This document shows positions 1 through 12,306 of a stretch of 64,000 bases of DNA, piece after piece. This DNA comes from Guillardia theta CCMP2712 (Eukaryota; Protista; Cryptophyta), in NCBI RefSeq assembly GCF_000315625.1, contig NW_005434477.1:17317-81316 (forward strand). The letters are read 5' to 3'. The translations under genes and the position numbers were made by a program. The notes beneath the pieces are model-generated. The model had not been told where the DNA came from, ran no database searches, and saw only the letters and a program-made list of their open reading frames with translations. The stretch's first letter is position 1. Each line of letters opens with the position of its first letter.

Positions 1-644
1 GCCATGTTGCAGCATCACCTTAGGAACGATGCCTCCATACAGCCCTATTACGATCCTGCTCGTGTTCTTTGAGTCTCCAATCGAAACGTCAAAGTATGCC
101 TTGTCAGTGACCTGTTGTACAAAGAGATGTCAGTCTTCCACGACGATTGAAAGAAGAAACGAACTTGAGCTTTCGCGTTCCCTTCCGGCGTAGTCAGGTC
201 GATCGAAGCAGACGTATCCACTGTAGCCGTGCCCTCCTTGGCGCCAGCACCCGCCGATGCCTAAAATTGTTAGAGCCCATTGAGCAGGCAGAGGAAGAAT
301 ACCACAAAAGAAGAAATGAGCAGGATGGAGCCCAGCATGCTCCTTCGTCCCATGGTCTCCGAAATATCCGAATTCATAGTAACAATATCAGCATGTCGCC
401 TCTCACGGGTGCAGGGCATGTTGCCATGGCGGAGGAGAGGCAGAGTCCCTCCCGTGAACGCCAGCGATCCTTCCAACGAAGACATCAAGACCATGCACAC
501 AAGAAACGCGCTCCGCGATGACGACGAGGATGAGGATGAGGATGCGTATCTCAATGGATATGAAGAAGATGACGAGGAGGTCGAGGAGGTCGATGCTGAA
601 CAGCGTCTGCGGGCGCCATGAACTACCGCGCCCGAGGCCGCCAT
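1..644 (-). CDS. 5' part of a plastid/thylakoid-lumen-targeted hypothetical protein (runs off window start)
   Basis: ORF 270-644: poly-Ser N-region, hydrophobic signal ending EGSLA-F, transit-like segment, then twin-Arg motif [14 protein letters not shown]. Coding-like sequence resumes after an intron near 265 ([27 protein letters not shown]). Confidence 0.55.
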
Positions 645-987
645 TGCTCCGCCGCCCGCCTCAGAGATCGATATCTAATTTCTTGACTCGGGATTAAGGG
701 GTCTTAATTTCCTAATTCTGCTCGATAATTCAGATCACGGCCGCCCGGTTTCAGTTTAAAAGAATCTTTTTAAAAGTCACGGAACCACCACGACGGTCAC
801 GTGGCCCTCGATAGAATCTGCTGTACTCTCCAACAGTAGTACTGTTTCTGCGACGAAGCATCTGCGGCGCTCAACACTCTGGCAGGCAAGCATGGACGAG
901 TAAGTCGACGCGCCGGTACGGGCATGTCATGTCACGTGTGTCGGACGTTTCATTCCAACGAAACAAATAAAGTATGAATAAAGTATG

Positions 988-2048
988 CTACATCTGTTGA
1001 GCTCTGTGGCTCTTGATCGAAAACCACCACTTCCCACCCATGTACTCCCTTCTTGCATCAAGATCAACCCCCACGCACCTTGCGAACATGTGAAGCTGTC
1101 TAGCGACAAGTTTCACTTGTGCGACATGCTGTTCATCCTTGCAACAGTCATCGGACGAGCTTGCTCTCCAACAACGAAGTTCTTTAGGAATCCACTCGCA
1201 CTGGCATGAGTCCCATCCCTTCTCCCTTGCAAGATTCCATAAGATGGCAGACACGATGACGGATGGTTTAACATGATTCTCGGCGATCAAATGGCTGAGC
1301 TTGAGGTAGATGTCAGCGACATCCCTCAGAGCATTTCTTTTTGTTTCTGGCGCCAAGTCCAGAACACAGGAGAGCAGCCTCGAAGTTGTGACGGGTTGAA
1401 GGTTGAAATCAAGCGCTTCCAGTACGGCCCATTCTGCATCACGAATCTCATCCTCGTCCACTTGAAACGGTTGCAACAAAGGTACTAAGTCGCAGATCCG
1501 TACAGCGTAGGTTTCGCAAAGTTTCAAGGCCGTCAGCATGCAGGCTACAGGCAGTAATACTGATTTGCGGAAAGATTGGACCAGTTTCTCGTTCTGCGAG
1601 CATCGTTGCAAGTAGTTCATGGACAAGGCAATGACTTCTGAATCCATATCATCCATGATGCCAACTGAATGACAAAGCTGTAAAGAAACGAAGGATCAGA
1701 AAAGAATCAATCTGCGAGCAAGATCTTTACCTCAAGGACAACTTGAATGCTTCTAATCATTGTGACGGGATCCGTGCACTCTTGCTTCTTCAATTCCACC
1801 TCGTCTTGAAGGAGAGCATGAAAGTGTCGCATCTGCTCTTCCGATCCCCTACACTCCTCGACTTGCATACACTGCCCACGGTCAACTCTGCACAATTTCT
1901 GCACCGTGCACTCAGTCTCATCAGCTGGTCTTGCTCGCTTCTGTCTTGAAGTTTGTTGAGCTGAGAGTGTAGAGGGTTCTTGGTGTTCTTGCGCAGTGCT
2001 GCCGGTGCTTGCTTGGAGGATCGCAGGAATGGAAGGAGTGAGTTGCAT
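988..2048 (-). CDS. Cyclin (divergent, cyclin D/CYC-like), 2 exons
   Basis: Exon 1 (2048-1731) joins exon 2 via an intron of ~50 nt (GTAAAG...TTACAG). Cyclin box: EVIALSMNYLQRC, LLPVACMLTALKLCE, EIRDAEWAVLEALDFNLQPVTT. Confidence 0.8.
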
Positions 2049-2249
2049 CCTCTACGGTAGCTGCTCAACGTTTTCTCAGGCAAGCTCTCTCCCTTACCCT
2101 TCTGTCGCTACTGCTCGCTCTCCCTCGTGTTGTCCCTCGAGCCCCTAGCGTCTGCTTGTCTCCTCGCCTCCACGCCTTGTTGTTCCTTGGTCGACCTCCT
2201 GCTCTGGTATAGGCCCTAGTAGCGCCCCCGAGAGGGAGAGGGGTCCTGT

Positions 2250-3500
2250 GAGTGGATGTATCATTTACACCGGTCATCCATGTTAATTTGTACCAATATT
2301 TTCACAGATGAAGGGTGGGTGATACTAGCGTCGTACTCCGATGGGTGGGGTACAGTTCTGACCGAATGTGCGAAAAAACATGATTTCGTTTTTTCACCCC
2401 CAGCCCCCCCCTGTGTCTTTCCAGGAGTGGGTATACCGGCACGACCCCTTCCGTCACATGATTTGCAACCATAATTTCCCACGATATCAAATTTGACATA
2501 TTAAAAATGGAAATTCTGCCACAGTTTTGCTGGCTCCTCGATATTTGTCCTCTAAATATGCCCCCTACCCCACGTCTACAACCCTTCATTTTGACCGATC
2601 TTCATCCCTACCCCTTACGACTAGAACAATTCACCTCAACCAGTAGTGTACCCTGCTCATTTCCATAAAACCACCGGGTACTTTTCCAGACGCCTGCAGT
2701 ATCTGACCACCCACCCCAGACAAATCAATCATGTGATAACCCCTTGGTTTTCCCTTCGAACCACCCCTGTCTTGATCTGACGCCCCACATATTCCATATC
2801 AGTGCCTGTCTTCTTCGTACAACACTCCTTACCCCCTTTGATCAATACCCCTACCCCCCCAAATAACTATAGTACCCCGTAATTCTACTTCGAAATCTTG
2901 CATGAGCATGACCCCTACCCATTCTCCTCCTCAGTCAAACACGCCAACTCTCCCTCAGTTTACTTCAGGGCATTTGGTGTTATAACTATTCACTCTACAA
3001 TCGACGCCGATTGTACCCCTGGACCCCTTTCTTCTAGGTGATAAGTGTAGGGTAGGGTAAACAGAATCTATCATTGATTGGCATGCGTAAAGTACCCCAA
3101 CCAAGGTCTCAGCCCTGACAGCACATTTTGACCACCCCACCCCACACAAATTACCCCTACCCTCCGATGAAAAAATATGACCACAATCTTGGTACTCCTG
3201 ACCTATGAATAGTGGCCCATCATTATCCCCTGACCCCCGTCAATTGTCGAAAATAGTGTACCCCACCACCTCCACTGACCTGGAAAAACTACCCCACCCT
3301 TTGTATTCCCACCGAGGACGCCCGCTGTGCTCGAGATTTTGCTAAAATTCCGTCCTCCTGAAGCTCAGTTTCCGAATTACCTCCACCCCTTCTATGTCGG
3401 TCAAATGAACCCCTGGATTAACACCAGGATGGTACCACCATTATTGAGCTTATAATATTATATTGAACCCGGCGTAGTACCAGCTCACCTTTATTACGGT
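2250..3500. other. Non-coding TACCCC/ACCCC-motif-rich intergenic island
   Basis: Many dispersed, non-tandem (C/G)TACCCC, ACCCC and CACCC words. No credible ORF. Lies between divergent cyclin and MDR genes. Confidence 0.65.
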
Positions 3501-3529
3501 ACCTTATCGGTTATTTTTACGTCTAGCAC

Positions 3530-3700
3530 AGTGTACCGGGCCATATCAGGGCTGTACCGTGCCTCGGAGTCAGACTAATAATCATCGAGTCAGTCGCCGG
3601 GCCAGCATGGTCGGGCGCCGGGCCCGGCCTGTCAGCGCTTGAAGTACTGTAACCGGCCCGGTCCGGGCTCCTCGGACTCGAAGCCGGCCCGCGCCTGCGG
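3530..3700. promoter_or_regulatory. GC-rich CCGG/GGCC island just upstream of the MDR gene
   Basis: Dense CCGG, GGCC and GTAC words abutting the TACCCC island. Confidence 0.4.
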
Positions 3701-3787
3701 TGACTGACACTCCTAGAGGTCTTGAGGCCAACCCGCCTCGTGTCAGATATGAAAGTTTTCAAAAAAAGCTCAGCAACAGGGGTGAAA

Positions 3788-6292
3788 ATGGCGTGCCGAA
3801 CGGTGTTCATGGCGATGGCTTGCCTGTTCCTCGAGGGCGCAGAGGCATGGTCACTCCTGCGAATCAGCCTGCCGTCATGGACAGAGCACGGGAGACAAGC
3901 ATGCACAGCGGATGGTCGGCATCAGGGATGGGGAAATCAGCGATCAGGCATGATGCCACTGGGATCCTGGGCAAGGAGGGGAGGTCGGACGATTCGGATG
4001 AGCGGAGATGCAGAGATCGAGCGAGAAGTCTGGATGATCGAGAAGCCTGGTAACCTCAAACATCTGCAGAAGAAGAAGGACATGCTTCCTCCTCCTGGCC
4101 CTGACGAGGTTCGCGTGCGAGTCTGCGCCATCGGTCTCAACTTCGCCGACGTCTTCACGGTGCTGGGCATGTATGACGCCGCGTCCTCCAAGGAGAACCT
4201 TGTCCCTGGTCTAGAGTTCTCTGGTGTGGTAGAGGCTATCGGTGATCGCCTGCAGAACCGGAAATCTGCGATCGTATCGAGGTCGCCCGACGGGAAGCGA
4301 AATGTCCTGGTGTCGTCTCCGGAGCCCAGTCAGACGAAGGAGGGGGACGGTCAGAAGATCAGAGTTGGAGACAGAGTCATGGGTTTCTCTCGCTTCGGCT
4401 CTTTCTCTACGCACCTGAATGTCGGCTCCTCCTACATCCGACCTATCCCCGACGACTGGACGTTTCAACAAGGAGCATCGTTTGTTGTCCAGGGTTTGAC
4501 CGCATGGTACGGGTTGGTTGAGCTTGGACAGGCGCAGGCGGGGAAGCGAGTCTTGATCCACTCAGCTGCAGGAGGTGTTGGCCTCTTCTGCCTTCAGATC
4601 TGCCGGCTCTTCGACATGACCCCTGGTGGCCCGACCTTCTCCCCCCTCCCTCCCCCCCGCCCCCCCGCCCTTTCTTTCCTCCCCAACCCCCAACTCCCAA
4701 TCTCACTCCCACATCCACTCCCTTTCTCTCCCTCCCCCTCTCCTCCCCTTCCCCCTCCTTACCTAGTGCCATCAGTTGCCATCGTAGGATCGGAGGAAAA
4801 GTCAGCGCTGCTGGCAGAGACCTACGGGCTCGAGAAGTCGCAGATTGTAATCAGGAAGCAGAGCCCGCGGTCTGGTGGAGGAGAGGAGGGGGCTGGGGTG
4901 GTCTGACTTGCAGTCCTGCGCAGGAGGTTCAAGGAGGATGTGATTGGAGCTTGTCAGCTTCTGGATGGGAAGTAGGACGTACAGCTCTCGGTCCTCCTGT
5001 CTTGCTCAGGGAGTGGGTGCAGGGGGTATGACGTCATCATGGACTCGGTGGCCGGCAAGTACTTCAGCCCTGGCTACGAGAGGTCGACGCGCTAGTCACA
5101 CTCGAATCTGACTGGTTCTTGCAGCTTGAGCCCGCAAGGACGTCACGTTCTCTTCGGGGTGAGTGGAAGGCAGGCAGGAAGGGGAGGAGGAACGAGAGAA
5201 GATAGCGAGAAACACGCTGGTTGCTGACTTCTGATGTCGCAAGGCTGCTTCTTACACTCCACGTGGTGACCTCGGCAAGGTCCACCTCCTTGCTCCTCCT
5301 CATCCTTGCTCCTCCTTAGTCCTCCTCCTCCTCCTCCTTAGTCCTCCTCCTTAGTCCTCCTCCTTAGTCCTCCTCCTCCTCCTCCTCCTCCTCCTCCTTG
5401 CTGCACCTCATCCTTCCTCGTCATCCTTCCTCCTCCTCCTCCTCCTCCTCCTCCTCCTCCTCCTCCTCCTCCTCCTCCTTCGCTGCTGCTGTTCCTGTCT
5501 CAGAGCTGAGGGCTGGTCTCAAGGTCTGGTGGTCCCTTGAGTTCTGGAGGAGTATAGTCCCCAAGTTCCTCTCCCGGCCCAAGTTGGACGTGCAGAAGAT
5601 GATCGGGCAGAACAAGGCTGTCTTAGGATTCAACCTCATCTGGTACTCCTTCCTCCCTCAACCTCAAGTCGCTTCCCCGTTAGCCACCTTGATCGCTTCC
5701 TCCCTTGCTCTTGCCTTGCTCTTCTCTTCCTCCTCCTGCGGTTCCGCATCCTCCGTTGTTCCTCTACAACCTCTTCTACCATTCCCACTCCCCCTGCAAC
5801 TTCACCCGTTCCATCATGACCACTTCTAGATTCTCCTCCCTCCCCCTCTCCTCCTCCCTTTTCTCTCCAACTCTCCACCTCCTTCCCTCCCTCCCTCATC
5901 TTCACTCTCCCTCTTCTCCTCCCTCCCTCTTCCCCTCCCTCCCTCTTCCCCTCCCTCCCTCCCTCTCTCTCCCAACGTTTCCTCCTCGCTCTTGTCTCAT
6001 CCGGTCGCAGGTTGACAGACGGCGAGACTGACCCCAAGGTCCTGGGCCTCCTCATGGACCAGATGCTTCAGAGGCGCTGGAATCCTCCGATGGTCGGGGC
6101 GGAGTTCAGGTTTGATGAGGTGAGGACGACTCCCTTGCATGCATGAGCTCACGAGAAGCGAGCAGATGCCGGAGGCCCTTCGCTTCTTCAAGAGGTAGGA
6201 GGAAGAGGATGGTGACGAGGGTGCATGAGACTGACGAGGATGGCAGCGGTCGGAGCGTGGGCAAAGTTGTGGTCAACGTGAGCGAAGAATGA
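3788..6292 (+). CDS. Medium-chain dehydrogenase/reductase (VAT-1/quinone oxidoreductase-like), plastid-targeted, multi-exon
   Basis: EVRVRVCAIGLNFAD, PGLEFSGVVEAIG, VGDRVMGFSRFGSF, VLIHSAAGGVG (NADPH-binding), GYDVIMDS, GFNLI, and C-terminal GRSVGKVVVNV. Signal peptide ends EGAEA-W. Confidence 0.9.
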
Positions 6293-6517
6293 GCGAGGGT
6301 GTGGTCTACGAGTCGTAGGGGAGCACAGGAAGAATTTTCAACATGTCATGTTTGGAACAATTGATTGATTTATTGACATCAACATTTGGAGCAGTACAAA
6401 GCTGAATGCTTTGATCCAAGGTTTCAAAAAACAGGGAAAATCGACAAAGACACCAAACTTCTCATCGACGAGCACATTTGGCCCGAAATTGCGCAGAAAT
6501 CTTGAAAGCAAAGCAGC

Positions 6518-7168
6518 TTATTTCGTATCAGATGTCAACTTGAGATCGGAGAGGATCTTCTTGCGAGTCTCCTCGTCTCCGCACTTCACAATGAAACGAA
6601 TCTCCACAGCACTCTCGTCGTCAAGAGAGAAACCAGGCGAGACCTGCACGTCAGACAGGTCAGTTCAGCAGCTCAAAGAACCCGTCTTGCCTCCCTTACC
6701 CCAGGGTTCTGACGGATGAAGCCCTTGAGACGCTCCAAGTCAGTGTAGACGAGCTTGTTAGTGTAGTCTCCGCTGCCGCTGACCGTGGCCAGGAGGGACT
6801 CAGCGGTCTTCTGAACCTTGCTCAGACGATCCTGCGTCCCAATCAAGATCTATCACCCTTGCCATGATCTCATCAATCTCCACCGCCATCAACTCAATAT
6901 CCGTGATCATCATGAGCAGAATCATCCGAACAAACACGTCAACTGACCTGCAAGGCAGCAAGTCTCTCCAGGTTCTTCTTGTAAGGAGGCTCCGAGGATC
7001 CATCGCCGAGTGCAGAATCCGACATGTTGCTGAAGAACATTTATCAGTGTCACATGATCGACTCCGAGCCAAGTTGTCTCAAGTGTTCCGCAGGCACGTC
7101 GAACAAGTGCGTACTGTTGTTAGCCTAGCCGCCAGACTGGTGAACAACGAAGCGTGTACACTTGACAT
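6518..7168 (-). CDS. Hypothetical protein, multi-exon
   Basis: Coding-like exons separated by short GT-AG introns (…ERLKGFIRQNPG / VSPGFSLDDESAVEIRFIVKCGDEETRKKILSDLKLTSDTK*). No family recognised. Confidence 0.4.
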
Positions 7169-8119
7169 CCGGAATCGTCTATCAATACTTCCAAGTTGAC
7201 AAGAACTCTGGTGGGTGGAATCTATGATTATCTTCTTGCTAAGTAATGCACATCTATAGCTTTCAAGGCATCATGGAAACCCAAACTACGATCGAGGCAC
7301 TTCAACTGACATTGCAGTTGATAATTTTGTTTCGTTGACAACATTTCAACATCATGCACATGCCATCATATCCTATAGCTTTGATTCCAAACTTCAATCC
7401 TCATCGATTCTCTTCCTCGCTTTCATGTGCCGTCGCAATCTATCCACGCTCTTGGTTTGGTGGTTTTTTCCTCCAGCTCCCTTATCACAATTATCCACAA
7501 CAAAGTCCTGCGAGCAACCAGCTCCTGCCCTTCAACCACCGCTCTCCACTCCTCTCCTCTCCTCTCCTCTCCTCTCCTCCCTACTGCTCTTCCTCCTTCT
7601 TCGTCCCTCCATGTTCTTCTCCTCCTTCCACTCCTGCCCCTCCCCCATCAGCAGAGGAACATTCTCTTTCCCGCGCTCTCACAGGAGGAACGGTTTTCCC
7701 CTTGCCACTGAAAACCCCCTTATATCCCTGGTAATTTCATTGATAAGTTGGGGGTGGGGTGTATATTGGGTACTCGAAGAAATTGTTTTTTTTGGAACTG
7801 TTCGATGGACCCCCTTGTTTGAAATCGGTCAAGGGGGTAGAAGCGATGGGTCCTGCTCCGAAACCAAACATTTGAATATTTGAAAAGTACTGATGTTCAA
7901 TTTCAATAGTAGCAGTGAATTTTCATGATTTCATTTCCTTCCCTCGAAAGACTGTAACACAGTTTGGATCGGGAACTTCGTGCAGTGAAATGTTCCGATG
8001 TATTTTGAAATCTGATCAATAGGCAACAGTTTATTTGAACTTCTCTTTGTCAACTTTTGCATGAATCCGAGTACTGAACACTTTGAGTAAAGCCTGAGTA
8101 CTCGGAACTCCTAGTATGC

Positions 8120-8600
8120 CATACGGCCCGGCCCGGTCAGTCGGACCGTGCCACAGGCCGCCCGTTGGATCAGCGGCGGCCTGCCGCACCGCCGCAGTCC
8201 GATCGCGGCATGAACTTGTTCCGATGCCGCGCTGATGCCAACTTGTTCCGATGCCGCGGGCCCCGGGCAGTGAGCCTCGGAGCCGCGTGGGGCGGCACTC
8301 CTATCCTCTGCCAACCGGGGCCGGGCCGAGTCGGGGGCAACACCGTGACAGTGACGCCAGGCCGGGCCCGGGCGCCGGTGCGGCAGCCGCGCCGCCGCCG
8401 CTCGGAGGGGCCGGCGGCACGGCCACCGTGGCACGGTGTGACTGCCATGATCGGCCCTGCCATGATTCAAGCGGCAGGCTGCGCGGCCCCGCCCGGCCGG
8501 GCCCGCCGGCCCCGGCTCAGTGGCCGCCGCTCAGTGAGCCACACCGGGCCGCTTTCGGACCGTCAGTTGCCCATCGAACGGTCACACTGGCCAAGGCGTG
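8120..8600. promoter_or_regulatory. GC-rich CCGG/GGCC/CACGGT island at a divergent promoter
   Basis: Very dense CCGG/GGCC. Inverted repeat CACCGTG-G-CACGGTG at ~8424-8438. Direct repeat AACTTGTTCCGATGCCGCG x2 at ~8213-8258. Confidence 0.5.
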
Positions 8601-8646
8601 TTTTGAATTTGAATTCCCCTGGAGGCGTGTAACGGCAGCGCCCTGG

Positions 8647-8656
8647 TTTATATATT
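8647..8656 (+). promoter_or_regulatory. TATA-box-like element
   Basis: TTTATATATT about 50 nt upstream of ATG 8703, in a GC-rich context. Confidence 0.5.
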
Positions 8657-8702
8657 CTCGTCCTGTTGCGCGAGGAGAGAGCGCGCGAGCGAGGGACGAG
8701 AC

Positions 8703-9459
8703 ATGCCAAGGACTAAGAAGAACGTAGAGACCGTCAGTGCTGCTGATGAAAACACGGGTATCATCCAAGCAGCTTCCGGGAAGGATGCTGTAATGAAGGA
8801 GCCTATGGCCGACATCACCAACGACACCAAGCCAGTGAAGATGGAGGAGCAGAACGAGGTCAAGCAGGAGGAGAAGGTGTACAGGACACACATCCGATTC
8901 GACGAGGATGGCAATGAGACCAAGGAGGTTGAGGAAGTGTCGATCAGGAAGGAGACTAACGGGCAAGAGGAGGAGGAGCACGAGGAGGAAACTGACAACA
9001 AGGCTGACAACGGCGAGGAGTTTGTTGAGGTGACTCACTTTGGGCTCACCTACAAGATCTACAAGGGATCGAACAAGGTGGAGGCCGTCTCCGGCAACCA
9101 GGGAGCATCTGCTGAGCAGCCATCGCAAGTTGACCAGGAGAAGCTCAAGTACCGCGAGCCGCCCTCCTATTTCTACAAGGAGCAGAAGGAGAGGTGAGGG
9201 TTGCAAGGGGACGGATCAGACGTTGACTGCTGCCTGTCTGCAGGGATGTCTCTTGGCAGGGAGTTCATACTCGCTTCGAAGGTGCTTTTGTTGAGCTAGC
9301 GACTCTTCTTTCTCACTTGACATGGCAGACGATGATGATGTGGCCGCGGTGGAGCAGCAGGAGGTGCCTGAGCTCGAGGCCATTATGGCCAAGACGCTGT
9401 CGCTGGGGGCCGAGGAGAGCGCGTCGAAGAAGAAGGGGAAGGGCCAAGGGAAGAAGTGA
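8703..9459 (+). CDS. Hypothetical acidic/low-complexity protein, 3 exons
   Basis: Strong GC3 codon bias. Two short GT-AG introns (~9193-9243, ~9282-9328) keep the frame open to KKKGKGQGKK*. Confidence 0.7.
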
Positions 9460-9616
9460 ACTAACTCTTATGTCTATGTAGCCAAAGGGGGACGGGACGG
9501 TGAAGGTAGCTAGTTGAGCTAGGCTGTTGCCGTAGTCCCTCTATCAGTTCAGTTATTCTTTCAACTCTTGTATTGAAAGCAAATGAAGAGCAGACCTGCC
9601 TGAGCTCCTTCCTGTC

Positions 9617-11873
9617 TCACAACACACGGTAGTCGATGATACCCACAAAAGCCGAACCGTGGTCCGTATGATACACCTTCTTGAACACATCCTGCTTCTA
9701 CTGTCAGACCATGCACTCTTCCTCCCCCCCCCCAACTCCAAGTTCCTCCTCTCCCTCCCCCTCCCCCTCCCCCTCCTTCCAATATCTCCCCCTCTCATCC
9801 TCCTCCTCTCACATCACTCAATCCACCCCTGCTTCCGGGCAGACGTCCAGCCCGGAGCGATAAGTGCTCGTCACTGACAATCTCAATTAGAGCCCGACAA
9901 CAAAGAGACCTCAGCAAGAAACGGACCAGTCTGTCACTTCCCCTGGTAGCCAGCTGCTCTGATACTTGGCCCGCAGGACCATCCCGCGAACATTGTTGGT
10001 GTGAACAAGGAAGGATCTAGTGCGCGGGTGAGAGAGGGGAGTTGAGGTGAGCGGATCTTACCTCACGGTACCGCCCTTGATGACAAGGGGATGGTCGAGA
10101 GTGAGTTTGCCGTACTTGGGGCTGAGAGCGAGGTCAAAGATGCGATGACCAGTGACAAAGGCAAAGACTTTGAGTTCTTGGTGAAGTTTGCAATGGGGAA
10201 ACGAGCGTTGAGGTCTTGACCGACTTGGGTCCAATCTCCCTCATTCAGTTCATGCCCCTTTGACTTGTGTCAGAAAACAACAACTGTACACTCCCCGGCC
10301 CCTCCCAACCCCCGTTTCTCCTTTTCCTCCTTTATCTCTTCTCTTTCTCCTCTTTCTCTGTCTTTCTCCTCTCTTTCTCCTTTCTTTCTCCTCATCTTCT
10401 TTGCCTTCTTTGCTCATCAGGTTTCACACTCACGCTCGAGATCCCTTCTCGGGTGTAGACGGTGACATTCATAAGCTCCTCCTCAAAGTCCTTCCAGTAA
10501 ATCCCCGACTAGAGCAGCAAGACGTAAATCCTGACCCTCCTCGTGGTAGGCAAGGGGAGCCAATGCCCGCACTCCTTACCTGTATGTAGAGTCCAGTGAT
10601 CTCAACGTCTTCCTTGGCTTCTACCTCGAAGAACTGACCGTACCTGCGCAATGTCACTCCTGCCGCGTCATGGGAGAGGAGGAGAATGGACTACCAGCAT
10701 GTGCACCATGGGACCCGTTCAAGGAGAGAGTAGACTGGGTAACTGAATTGCGTCGTGGCGAACTACAAGGCATCGTGAGCAGACTGCCGTCAAACAAGAA
10801 GGGATGGGAGGGAGGGTACGGAGACAAAGAGTCAGAGATCAAGAGCACCTGCTCGATACTCGGATCATCTCTTGGAGATGTCATCTTCACCGTCATGACT
10901 GTCGGCTCGACCTTGATCTAGACCGACGGTCACAGGACAGACTTGAAACCAACACGCACTGCCGCTCTGACCTTCACATACTTCTCGTTGTATTCCGTCA
11001 GGGTCATGTTGAGCTCTTTGGCTCGTGCGTAGATATTCTTCTCGAAGTTCTCAAGGATGCCGTAGGGATCAGGATTCCTGTCACCTGAGTCAGCTGCCCG
11101 AAGTCTCGTCCTCCCTGCTCTTACCTCTTTAAGGTCGATTTGTACCAAGATTCGGATTCCTCCGACATTTCCCCGACGGACCCGCCGCTGGAGAAGAGAC
11201 TCGGTCCCATATCTTGACCTTCTCTGTCTATCTCCTGAAACTCCCTGATGATCTCCTGATACGTCGGGTCGTTGACGTCGTGCGTGAGGTCGGCTCGCTG
11301 CATCCATGTCGATATGGTGTCTGTTGCGTTGGGAAATCCCATCACCTTGCTGGAGGAGGAGGAGGAGGAGGAGGAGGAGGAGGAGATCTTGTCCTGCGAG
11401 CGCAGGGCAGAGAGGGAGGAGGGAGGAGCCATGTCCATGCTCTCGTCATCGTCCTGATCGTAGCTGCCACTCCTCTCGACGTCTCTGCTGATCTTGTCTT
11501 GTTTCCTCAGGTCCATCTTCACCTCCGCACGCAGCAGGGGGAGCTTGCTCTCAAAGACCGTCCCGAGGACGCCAGTCCCTGCTGACTTCGCTCTCCTCGC
11601 CTCCCATGCCGTCCCACGGTCAGTCCTCGGCGAAAAAGCCAAGGGATGGACCAGGCCCTGAGCAAGTGGAAGGGTAGTGAGGGAGGCGGCGAGCATGAAC
11701 AGACAGAGCGAGGAAGGGACAGAGGAGCGAGACCTGCTGGAAGACAAGGAGGAGGAGGAGGTGAAGGAGGAGGAGGAGGAGGTGGTGGAGGAGGAGGAGG
11801 AAGGAGGTGGGAAAGCCCGACGCTGCTCCCGCAGTCTCCCCTCTTGAACGGCCCCCGAAAGCATTGCGGCCAT
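9617..11873 (-). CDS. Hypothetical, probably plastid-targeted protein with C-terminal beta-rich domain, multi-exon
   Basis: Start MAAMLSGAVQ…poly-Ser…LCLFMLAASLTTLPLAQGLVHPLAF. Exons include YGQFFEVEAKEDVEITGLYIQ, NVTVYTREG, HPLVIKGG, DEHLSLRAG and AFVGIIDYRVL*. Confidence 0.6.
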
Positions 11874-12046
11874 TGGGAGGGGTATGAGGGTGATGAATCG
11901 GTATGTATGATCTCTGGAAGGATATGGGGAGGCTGCAAGGGAGGGAGAGAGGGAGGAGGAGGAGGAGGAGAAGAAGAAGAAGCAGAAGGAGCAGGAGCTG
12001 AAGGAGCAGGAGCAGCAGCAGGAGCAGGAGCAGGAGCAGGAGCAGC

Positions 12047-12081
<35 letters not shown>

Positions 12082-12306
12082 CAGGAGCAGCACAAGTTGT
12101 CCAGTAATAGTCATGAGCTCTGCGTGTGGATTCTCAGCATACTGATTATGGCGTTATGTTCAGATGTCTGTACGCATGTTAGCCAGGAAGGCGAGCTGCT
12201 GGATGAGGCCTGTCAACAGCAGCAGCTCTGCTCGCTCCTTGCAAAGGTCCTTGAGCTTCAATGCTGGCATACCGGCTGCGAGCCGCCTGTGGTGAGATGC
12301 ACTGCG

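Noticed and set aside
8111-8727. Overlapping Arg/Pro/Gly-rich ORFs (also 24093-24490, 44573-45217)
   Set aside because: Stop-poor GC-rich island sequence, with no codon bias or recognisable domains.
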